A stretch of DNA of 64,000 nt from Squalus acanthias. Its lineage: Eukaryota. The DNA lies in NCBI GenBank assembly GCA_030390025.1, contig CM059441.1, positions 496,001-560,000 of the forward strand, in the 5' to 3' direction. The notes under the pieces were generated by a model, which saw only the letters and a program-made list of their open reading frames with translations, searched no databases and was not told the origin of the DNA. Positions 37,879 to 46,115 of this stretch are shown in pieces. Each line of letters starts with the position of its first letter. Positions within the stretch are counted from its first letter, which is position 1. A program made the position numbers and the translations under genes.

Positions 37879-39045
37879 ATGGGGGCTGTACTGGCGCCAC
37901 CTCGCCCTCCAGGATCTACAGCGGAGGGAGCGTAGGCAGCCAGAAATATGGGAACATGTGCGCAGAGGGATGAGGAGGCCCATCAGGGCTCTCAACAGGA
38001 GATCTTATCCGCCAAGGGTATTCCGAGGGCACTTCTTCTACCTTCAATTAAGTGATGAGCAGTGTATTGGAAGGTTTTGCTTCACCAAGGAGGTGGTCAG
38101 AGAACTCTGCCACGTCCTGCAACCAGACCTCCAGCCTCAGATCAGGGCAAACACAGCTCTCTCAATGGCAGTCAAGGTTACCATCACCCTCAATTTCTTC
38201 GCCAGCAGATCCTTCCAGTCTGCAGCAGGAAACATAGCTAACATCCCACCGTTTGCCATCCATCACTGCATCCAGGAGGTCACTGAGGCTCTCTACAGCA
38301 GGAGAAGGAACTACATTGGCTTCCCAATCATCAGAGAGAAGCAGGCTGAGTGTGCATGTGGCTTTGTCAGGATAGCGGGCTTCCCCATGGTGCAGGGCGC
38401 CATCGACAGTATCCATGTGGCTTTGCGGGCACCGCATAACAATCCGTAGATCATCCGTAACCGCAAAGGCTAACACTCACTTAATGTGCAGTTGATATTC
38501 GACCACACACAGCGAATCCTTAATGTCAATGCCCGCTATCCTGGCAGCAGCCACAATGCCTTCATCCTGTGCCAGACCGGTGTGCCAGTACTCTTCCAGC
38601 CAGCACATCAAGCTCGAGGTGGCTGCTCGGAGACAAGGGCTATCCGCTCTCCACCTGGCTCATGACTCCCCTCCACAACCCCAACACTCCTGCCCAGCAC
38701 TCATATAATGAGAGGCATGCTGTCACCAGGAACATCATTGAGCAGACCATCAGCTTATTGAAGCAATGGTTCCACTGCCTTGACCGCTCATGAGGAACCC
38801 TCCAGTACTCGCCAGAGCAGGTGTCCCATTTTGTGGTGGTCTGCTGCATGCTCCACAACTTGGCCATCATGAGGGTGCAGCCCTTGCCAGCAGGGATTGC
38901 AGGACCACCTCAGGAGGAGCACGAGGCAGAGGAGGATGAGGATGAGGAGGAGGAGGAACAGGAGGAAGGGAGGAGGCAGCGAGGCAATCGGCATTCTGGA
39001 TGGGCTCGAAGGTAACCGGCTCATCAGACTCCAATCCACATGAAT
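37879..39045 (+). pseudogene. Harbinger DDE transposase (HARBI1-like) with stops and frameshifts
   Basis: [47 protein letters not shown], acidic tail. Confidence 0.92.
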
Positions 39046-39182
39046 AAAACCCCAGATCTCCGTAGCTCACCACATCCCCATCATACAATCCCTGTTTCAT
39101 GGCATATCACAGCATCCTCCTGGGCGCATGAGAGAGATCACAAAATATTCCAAAGACCATTAATAAATTTATCTATAAACAT

Positions 39183-39391
39183 TGACATGAATCTTGTATG
39201 AAGTAATACTGGGCGGCCTGCTGGTGGCGCTGTCCAGGGAGAGTATAAATACTCGGGCATGGGCCCAGCTTGCTTTGGACATTCATCAACAGGAACTAGT
39301 GAAGGACACAACTAGATCTCCATGTTGCAAAACAGTTGATTAAAGCTTTGTTTAACGCTTAGACCAAGTGCCTAGTAGTTTTCTTACGTCA
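39183..39391 (+). repeat. 5' LTR (209 bp)
   Basis: 5 differences from the 3' LTR by manual alignment; TATAAATA at 39245; ATTAAA at 39339. Confidence 0.97.
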
Positions 39392-39491
39392 ATTTAATCA
39401 ACTGGACCTGCTCCACGCTCTGAGTGGTTTTGGGAACAGACGGCTATGACTCAAACGGTAGAAGGGAACCAGACGTAGTAATCAATCCATC

Positions 39492-40472
39492 ATGGAGAAA
39501 CTGCTCCAACCCGCCCGTCTTGACCTGGACCCGAATTCACCTACAACTGCTAAGGTATGGAAACACTGGTATCGCACCTTCAGCAACTTCCTCAGGGTGT
39601 GTGGTGAGAATGTTCCTGATAAGTTAAAGATGCTTGCCAATTATGTATCCCCTTATGTGTTTGACTATATCGAAGCCTGTGTAGACTATGACTCCGCTAT
39701 CCGAATACTACAGCAACTATATGTTAAGGCCCCAAACAAAATTTTTGCTCGGCATCTACTGGCCACAACTCGACAACAACCCGGGGTATCACTTGATGAA
39801 TTCCTTCAAAAGCTTTGCAGGCTCAGCAAAGATTGTAATCTCAAGGCTGTCTCAGCTGAGCAGTACCAGGAGGAATTAATTCGTGATTCTTTTATTAATG
39901 GAATTGCGTCTCCCTTCATACGCCAGCGTCTGCTGGAGAATAAAACCCTCGAGTTACGAGCTGCCTATGACCAGGCATATTCTCTGGACTTGGCAAAAAA
40001 AAATGCAGATGCCTATCTTTTACCACGTGCACGGACTGCTGCGACCACTTTTAGTGACTCCTCCGATAAGCCTCAGGCGGAAGCCCTCACTGATGACGAC
40101 TCTATCCTAGCTGATGATGACCCTACCCTAGCGGCATCTTGGCGATCTAAAAGGAAGTGTTTCTTCTGTGGAGGTGCATTTCATTATAAGAAATTTTGTC
40201 CTGCTCGTAATGCAATCTGCAATCATTGCAGTAAGAAAGGTCACTTCTCAAAGTATGTCAGTCAAGAGCCTCTTCTAGGGTTACAGCTGCTCCCTATAAA
40301 ACTGCTCCTCCCCCAAGAGTTACTACTAATGTTACAGCTGTCATTTATAAAACTGCTCCTCCCCCAAGAGCCACTACTAATGTTACAGCTGTCAAGGATA
40401 AAACTGCCCCTCCTCCCATCACAGCTGTTTTCCCCCAAAGCCTGTCCCATGCAGCCACGAAGGTTTCGGTAA
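39492..40472 (+). CDS. gag: Gag with two zinc knuckles; real frame shifts near 40250 into the pol frame
   Basis: CFFCGG..H....C and CNHCSKKGHFSK(VC); the pol frame is stop-free from ~40253. Confidence 0.88.
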   Translation: MEKLLQPARLDLDPNSPTTAKVWKHWYRTFSNFLRVCGENVPDKLKMLANYVSPYVFDYIEACVDYDSAIRILQQLYVKAPNKIFARHLLATTRQQPGVSLDEFLQKLCRLSKDCNLKAVSAEQYQEELIRDSFINGIASPFIRQRLLENKTLELRAAYDQAYSLDLAKKNADAYLLPRARTAATTFSDSSDKPQAEALTDDDSILADDDPTLAASWRSKRKCFFCGGAFHYKKFCPARNAICNHCSKKGHFSKYVSQEPLLGLQLLPIKLLLPQELLLMLQLSFIKLLLPQEPLLMLQLSRIKLPLLPSQLFSPKACPMQPRRFR

Positions 40473-40483
40473 ATGGGCACATT

Positions 40484-43400
40484 TTGAGTGCATTAATCGA
40501 CTCATGCAGCTCTGACAGCTTCATCAGTGAGCAGGCTGTCAGTAAGTTAAAACTACGTATTTACCCCTCGGACAGGGAAATTGCAATGGCTCTGACGACA
40601 CTGACCACGAACTCTTCCGGCTTTTGTCTTGTCGACCTTATTCTCAATGGCCGCACTTATTTCTCTACCCGGCTCGGGGTGCTCAAAAACCTATGCAGTG
40701 ATGTGCTTCTGGGACAGGATTTCCAGAAACAACACAAAAGACTCATTTTCAAGTTTGGAGGAGCAAAGCTGGAGCTTACTATTTCCAAAGTACCGTTTTG
40801 TGCACTTTCGGCGGCTTCGCTCGACGAGCCCTCCTTGTTTGCCAATCTTTCCCCCCGATGTAAGCCCATAGCCACTAAATCACGACGTTTCAGCCAAGAT
40901 GACCTATCCTTTATCGAGGCAGAGATCTCTCGCCTTCTAGCTGACGGTATCATTGAGCCATGTTCATCTTCCTGGCGGGCTCAAGTCGTCGTTGTTAAAA
41001 ATCCTCTGAAGCAACACAAGAAACGTCTTTGCATCAATTACTCGCAAACTATTAACCAGTATACCGACCTGGATGCCTACCCACTACCACGCATCGATGA
41101 CATGGTCAATAACCTTGCTAACTACAAGGTATTTTCAACTTTTGACTTAAAGAGCGCATACCATCAAGTACCGTTAAAGGACTCTGACAAAAAGTATACG
41201 GCTTTTGAGGCCAATGGTCGGCTTTACCAGTTTCGTCGCCTTCCATTCGGGGTCACCAATGGGGTGGCCGTCTTTCAACGGGCAATGGATAGCCTAGTCA
41301 AACAGGAGAACTTAACAGACACTTTTCCATATCTGGATAATATCACCATTGCTGGTCATGACCAGAAGGAGCATGATGCCAACCTCCAGAAATTTCTTGA
41401 CGTTCTCCATCGTCGCAACTTAACCTTAAATGAGTCCAAATCTGTGAAATCAGTACCATCAGTCAACATCCTTGGCTACTGGGTGGGCAATGGTGTCATC
41501 AAACCGGATCCGGAGCGACTTCGTCCGCTTCAGCAGCTCCCTCCTCCTACGAATCTCAGCTCTCTTCGTCGGGCCCTCGGCATGTTCGCCTATTATGCGA
41601 AGTGGATACCTCACTTTTCCGACAAGATCCAGCCCCTGCTTCACGCGAAGTCATTTCCGTTGGAGGCGAGGGCTATTTCAGCTTTCGACCTCCTCAAGCA
41701 ACAACTGGAAAAAGCCGCGCTTCATTCCATCGATGAAAATCTCCCTTTCGTGGTCGAGTGCGATGCATCGGAGGTGGCGATCTCGGCTACCTTGAATCAA
41801 GGCGGTCGACCCGTTGCATTTCTGTCTAGAACTTTTCAGGATAGCGAGCTCCATTATCCTCCTGTCGATAAGAAAGCTACGGCTATCATCAAAGCAGTAT
41901 GTAAATGGAGTCATTTTCTCGCTCGTCGCCATTTCACGCTCATAACCGATCAGCGCTCAGTGGCCTTTATGCTGGATAACCGGAAACGCACTAAAATTAA
42001 GAATAACAAAATACAGCTCTGGAGGATGGAATTGGCCGCCTTTGGCTACACCATACAGTATCGACCCGGCAAGGAGAATGTAGCCCCGGATACCCTCACA
42101 CGTGCATTCTGCTCTTCCATGTCAACTTCAACTCTTGTGAATCTTCATACTGACTTATGCCATCCTGGCGTTACCCGTATGTTGCACTTTGTGCGATCTA
42201 AAAATCTCCCATTTTCTACGGAAGACGTGAAAAGAACATGCTCCACTTGTAGAATTTGCGCGGAATTAAAACCGCAATTCTTCCGTCCATCGGATGGCTC
42301 GCTCATACACGCTACACAGCCTATGCAGCGACTCAGCATTGACTTTAAAGGGCCATTGCCTTCCTCAACGCGAAACACCCACTTGCTTACTATGGTGGAC
42401 GAATATTCACGCTTTCCCTTTGCTTTCCCCTGTCCCAATATGCTTACTTCCACAGTGATCAAATGCCTCAATCAGGTCTTTTCCCTTTGCGGTACGGCCA
42501 ATTTCATCCACTCTGATCGGGGTCCCTCCTTCATGTCAAGCGAACTCAAAAGTTATCTTTCCCAACGGGGAATCGCCACAAGTAAAACGACACCATATCA
42601 TCCTATTGGAAATGGACAGGTTGAGAGATACAACGCTATCATTTGGAATGCTGTTCGTCTTGCACTGAGGTCACGCAATCTACCAGACCAGCAGTGGGAA
42701 ACTATGCTCCCTGATGTGTTGCATTCCACTAGGTCTCTTCTTTCTACATCCACCAATGTTACTCCTCACAAACGATTCTTCGGGTTCCAGCGTCGCTCCA
42801 TTCATGGGACGTCCCTACCATCATGGTTGGCAGTTCCTGGCTCCGTGCTGCTCCGAAGATTCGTCCGATCCTCCAAGAGTGATCCCCTCGTCGACGAGGT
42901 GGAACTAACGGATGTCAATCCTACATATGCGTACGTGCAGTACCCTGATGGCCGGGAGTCCACAGTTTCACTTCGGGATCTGGCTCCCTGCCCAACCGGT
43001 CCCACGGATCCAATCGATAGAGAGATCCGTATTAACGACGCCAATACTCCACGCTCCTCCGAGGATGACGCCCTACCCGGGACATCAAGGGATCTGCCAG
43101 CTACTCCGCTGGATCAACCCGGGGAACAGAGCGCTCCCCGCGGGATGGCCACCCGAAGCCAGGATGCCGGTCAATCACCAGCTACTGAGCAGGATGCAGC
43201 CAGCTCTGCGCCGGTGGGGACCCGCACCCGGAGCCACGATCTCCCCCAGTCCCCCTCAGGTCGATCCAGGCGACACGGGCTCTGCCAGCCCGCCAGTACG
43301 AACCAAGCGACCCAGGGACCAAAACACGGTCTGAGGAGACGTGCCTTCCGGCCTCCAACGGAAATCCAAGCGACTGCATCTATTCTTAGTCCGGCTAATT

Positions 43401-43579
43401 CGGTAGAAGGAAGCCGTCGGACTTCCAATCTTTCAGGCGGGAAGAATGACATGAATCTTGTAAGAAGTAATACTGGGCGGCCTGCTGGTGGCGCTGTCCA
43501 GGGAGAGTATAAATACTCGGGCATGGGCCCAGCTTGCTTTGGACATTCCTCAACAGGAACTAGTGAAGGACACAACTAG
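40484..43579 (+). CDS. pol: Pol polyprotein (aspartic protease, RT, RNase H, DDE integrase)
   Basis: LIDSCS; FDLKSAYHQ, LPFG, YLDN; ECDAS; HHCC, IDFKGP, HSDRG, GQVER; ORF runs into the 3' LTR. Confidence 0.95.
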   Translation: MSALIDSCSSDSFISEQAVSKLKLRIYPSDREIAMALTTLTTNSSGFCLVDLILNGRTYFSTRLGVLKNLCSDVLLGQDFQKQHKRLIFKFGGAKLELTISKVPFCALSAASLDEPSLFANLSPRCKPIATKSRRFSQDDLSFIEAEISRLLADGIIEPCSSSWRAQVVVVKNPLKQHKKRLCINYSQTINQYTDLDAYPLPRIDDMVNNLANYKVFSTFDLKSAYHQVPLKDSDKKYTAFEANGRLYQFRRLPFGVTNGVAVFQRAMDSLVKQENLTDTFPYLDNITIAGHDQKEHDANLQKFLDVLHRRNLTLNESKSVKSVPSVNILGYWVGNGVIKPDPERLRPLQQLPPPTNLSSLRRALGMFAYYAKWIPHFSDKIQPLLHAKSFPLEARAISAFDLLKQQLEKAALHSIDENLPFVVECDASEVAISATLNQGGRPVAFLSRTFQDSELHYPPVDKKATAIIKAVCKWSHFLARRHFTLITDQRSVAFMLDNRKRTKIKNNKIQLWRMELAAFGYTIQYRPGKENVAPDTLTRAFCSSMSTSTLVNLHTDLCHPGVTRMLHFVRSKNLPFSTEDVKRTCSTCRICAELKPQFFRPSDGSLIHATQPMQRLSIDFKGPLPSSTRNTHLLTMVDEYSRFPFAFPCPNMLTSTVIKCLNQVFSLCGTANFIHSDRGPSFMSSELKSYLSQRGIATSKTTPYHPIGNGQVERYNAIIWNAVRLALRSRNLPDQQWETMLPDVLHSTRSLLSTSTNVTPHKRFFGFQRRSIHGTSLPSWLAVPGSVLLRRFVRSSKSDPLVDEVELTDVNPTYAYVQYPDGRESTVSLRDLAPCPTGPTDPIDREIRINDANTPRSSEDDALPGTSRDLPATPLDQPGEQSAPRGMATRSQDAGQSPATEQDAASSAPVGTRTRSHDLPQSPSGRSRRHGLCQPASTNQATQGPKHGLRRRAFRPPTEIQATASILSPANSVEGSRRTSNLSGGKNDMNLVRSNTGRPAGGAVQGEYKYSGMGPACFGHSSTGTSEGHN

Positions 43580-43655
43580 ATCTCCATGTTGGTAAACAGT
43601 TGATTAAAGCTTTATTTAACGCTTAGACCAAGTGCCTAGTAGTTTTCTTACGTCA
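43447..43655 (+). repeat. 3' LTR (209 bp)
   Basis: Direct repeat of 39183-39391. Confidence 0.97.
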
Positions 43656-43872
43656 AACATATCACACATATCACATGAATTCTAATAACTAATGACCCTT
43701 GTGCCTGCCATAGTTGAATAGCTGTCATTGTGTGCAAGGTGTGAGATGTGGGTGAGTGTTGCTAGGTAGAGATTGTTGGTGGGTGAGTGCTGGGGGTGTG
43801 GTGCTTTTGGGCAGTGTGTGAAGCTTGTGGTACAGATGGTGGTATGTAGGATTTATTGAAGCATTCAATCAC

Positions 43873-44114
43873 CCTGACCACCCGAGTGAGGTTGTTAAAT
43901 TTCTTCCTGCACTGTGTGTGGGTCCTGGGGACCACAATGCTGCCCAAGACGTGCTGTGCTACCTCCCTCTACATAGCGTGGAAGGCTTGAGGCGAGAGCC
44001 TCCTGCCACTTGCCGGGTAGAGCACTGCCCTCCGTCTCTCCACAGCGAAAACCAATGCCTCCAATGCTTCATCGGAGAATCTCAGGCTCTCTCCCTGGGG
44101 CATGGACTTGCCAT
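43873..44114 (-). pseudogene. Myb/SANT exon 1 of Harbinger element 3 (downstream exons deleted near 43700)
   Basis: RFSDEALEALV.AVE...RTHTQCRKKFNNL then GT donor; two in-frame stops; homologous to 63527-63768. Confidence 0.85.
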
Positions 44115-44464
44115 GAGTACACCTGGCTCAGTCCTCCGGCTCCTTCTCCTTGTTCTGCTTCTGCTTACTGAGGCAGCTGCAATGCTGAGAATGAGGTGAT
44201 GCAGCATCAATGAATCTCCCCTTTAAGTAGTGAAAATAGCCTGTGGCAATGATGAGTTGCAATAAGACTGCACCCGATATTGGTCCACCCTTTAATTCTA
44301 ATGCCAATGAGCTTGGGTTTTAACTTGAACTTATCTCTTCCTATCTCGACTCTATTTTTTCTCCCCTTGTCCAGTCTCTTCCCACCTACATCCGCGACTC
44401 TTCCGACGCCCTCCGCCATTTTAACAGTTTCCAGTTTCTCGGCCCCAACCGTCTCCTCTTCACT

Positions 44465-45796
44465 ATGGACGTACAATCCCTCTACACCTCCATTCCCCAC
44501 CAGGATGGCTTGAGGGCGCTCCGCTTCTTCCTTGAACAGAGGCCCAACCAGTCCCCATCCACCACCACCCTCCTCCGCCTGGCTGAACTTGTTCTCACAT
44601 TGAACAACTTCTCCTTTGACTCTACCCATTTCCTCCAAATTAAAGGTGTTGCTATGGGTACCCGCATGGGTCCTAGCTATGCCTGCCTTTTCGTGGGATA
44701 TGTGGAACACTCTTTGTTCCAGTCCTACTCGGGTCCCCTCCCTCACCTCTTTTTCCAGTACATTGATGACTGTATCGGTGCCGTCTCCTGCTCTCGCCCT
44801 GAACTAGAACATTTCAGTCACTATGCTTCCAATTTCCACCCTTCCCTCACCTTCACATGGTCCATCTCCGACTCTTTCCTTCCCTTCCTCGACTTCTCCA
44901 TCTCCATCTCTGGGGATAGGTTATTGACTAACATTCACTACAAGCCCACTGACTCCCACAGCTACCTGGACTACACTTCCTCCCACCCCGCCTCCTGTAA
45001 GGACTCTATTCCATTCTCCCAGTTTCTCCGTCTCCGCCGCATCTGCTCTGATGATGCCACCTTCCATATCAGTGCTTCCGACATGTCTTCCTTTTTCCTC
45101 AACCGAGGATTCCCCTCTACCGTGGTCGACACGGCCCTCGACCGTGTCCGTTCTATCTCCCGCACTTCTGCCCTCACCCCTGCCCCTCCCTCCCGGAACC
45201 ACGATAGGGTTCCCCTTGTCCTCACCTTTGACCCCACCAGCCTCCACATTCAACGGATCATCCTCCGCCATTTCCGCCACCTCCAGCGTGATCCCACCAC
45301 CAAACACATCTTCCCCTCACCTCCGCTTTCAGCATTCCGCAGGGACCGCTCCCTCCGCAACACCCTAGTCCACTCCTCTACCACCCCCAGCACCCCTTCC
45401 CCTTCGCCCGGCACCTTCCCATGCACGCGCAGGAGATGCAATACATGCCCTTATACCTCCCCTCTTCCCACTGTCCAGGGCCCCAAACACCCCTTCCAGG
45501 TGAAACAGCGATTTACTTGTACTTCCTGCAATTTAGTATACTGTATTCGCTGCTCACGATGTGGTCTCCTCTACATTGGGGAGACCAAACGCAGATTGGG
45601 TGACCGCTTTGCGGAACACCTCCGTTCAGTCCGTAAGGGGGACCCCGAGCTCCCGGTCGCCTGTCACTTTAATTCACCGCTTCACTCCCACTCTGACCTC
45701 ACCGTCCTCGGCCTATTACACTGTTCCACGGAAGCGCAGCTTTCGTTTAGGCACGCTACAGCCCTCTGGACTCAATATCGAGTTCAACAATTTTAG
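44465..45796 (+). CDS. Penelope RT C-terminal part + GIY-YIG endonuclease (truncated)
   Basis: DVQSLYTSIP, GVAMGTRMGP, YIDD, YKPT..HSYL...S.HP, LVYCIRC..CGLLYIGET.R.L..RF.EH. Confidence 0.92.
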   Translation: MDVQSLYTSIPHQDGLRALRFFLEQRPNQSPSTTTLLRLAELVLTLNNFSFDSTHFLQIKGVAMGTRMGPSYACLFVGYVEHSLFQSYSGPLPHLFFQYIDDCIGAVSCSRPELEHFSHYASNFHPSLTFTWSISDSFLPFLDFSISISGDRLLTNIHYKPTDSHSYLDYTSSHPASCKDSIPFSQFLRLRRICSDDATFHISASDMSSFFLNRGFPSTVVDTALDRVRSISRTSALTPAPPSRNHDRVPLVLTFDPTSLHIQRIILRHFRHLQRDPTTKHIFPSPPLSAFRRDRSLRNTLVHSSTTPSTPSPSPGTFPCTRRRCNTCPYTSPLPTVQGPKHPFQVKQRFTCTSCNLVYCIRCSRCGLLYIGETKRRLGDRFAEHLRSVRKGDPELPVACHFNSPLHSHSDLTVLGLLHCSTEAQLSFRHATALWTQYRVQQF

Positions 45797-46078
45797 ATCA
45801 TAACCTCAGCTCCAATCACATTTATATTTTATTTTTTCCACCCTTTTATTTTCCCCCCCACCTTTTTTTTCCTCCTAGAAGCTGGCAGCTGTCCTTCATT
45901 CTGCCAGTGGATTTCACACTTCATTCAGCCTTAATCTGTCACATTAACACCACCTCTAGCCTTGCATATCTCTTAATGTCTCTTAATGTCTCTTCATCTC
46001 CCCTTTTGTTCCTTTATCCCCTCCCCCTTTTCCCAGCTTTACCCTGGCCTTAAATCTATTTGATTTCCGGCTCTTCCC

Positions 46079-46115
46079 AGTTCTGACGAATGGTCATCGA
46101 CCTGAAACGTTAACT
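46079..46115 (+). ncRNA. Minimal type I hammerhead ribozyme motif in the Penelope terminal repeat
   Basis: Helix I AGTT/AACT, core CTGACGA, helix II GGTC-ATC-GACC, GAAA, palindromic AACGTT in place of helix III. Confidence 0.7.

Larger units (their letters stand above)
39183..43655 (+). mobile_element. Full-length Ty3/Gypsy LTR retrotransposon
   Basis: 209-bp TG...CA LTRs, 5-bp TSD AACAT, PPT AGGCGGGAAGAA before the 3' LTR, domain order gag-PR-RT-RH-IN. Confidence 0.97.

Noticed and set aside
30614-39045. Host HARBI1 or NAIF1/MSANTD genes
   Set aside because: Multiple copies, stops, frameshifts, deletions and flanking TIRs mark them as transposon relics
39403-39420. TGGACCTGCTCC as a tRNA primer-binding site
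   Set aside because: Starts 11 nt from the LTR and I do not recognise it as a tRNA 3' complement; the LTR-complementary 12-mer occupies the PBS position. A tRNA database search is still needed
42912-43575. env or antisense accessory gene in the Gypsy element
   Set aside because: No signal peptide or transmembrane pattern; the ORFs are GC-rich shadows of the pol tail and LTR
44207-45441. Minus-strand ORFs of 60-180 aa
   Set aside because: Antisense shadows of the C-rich Penelope ORF
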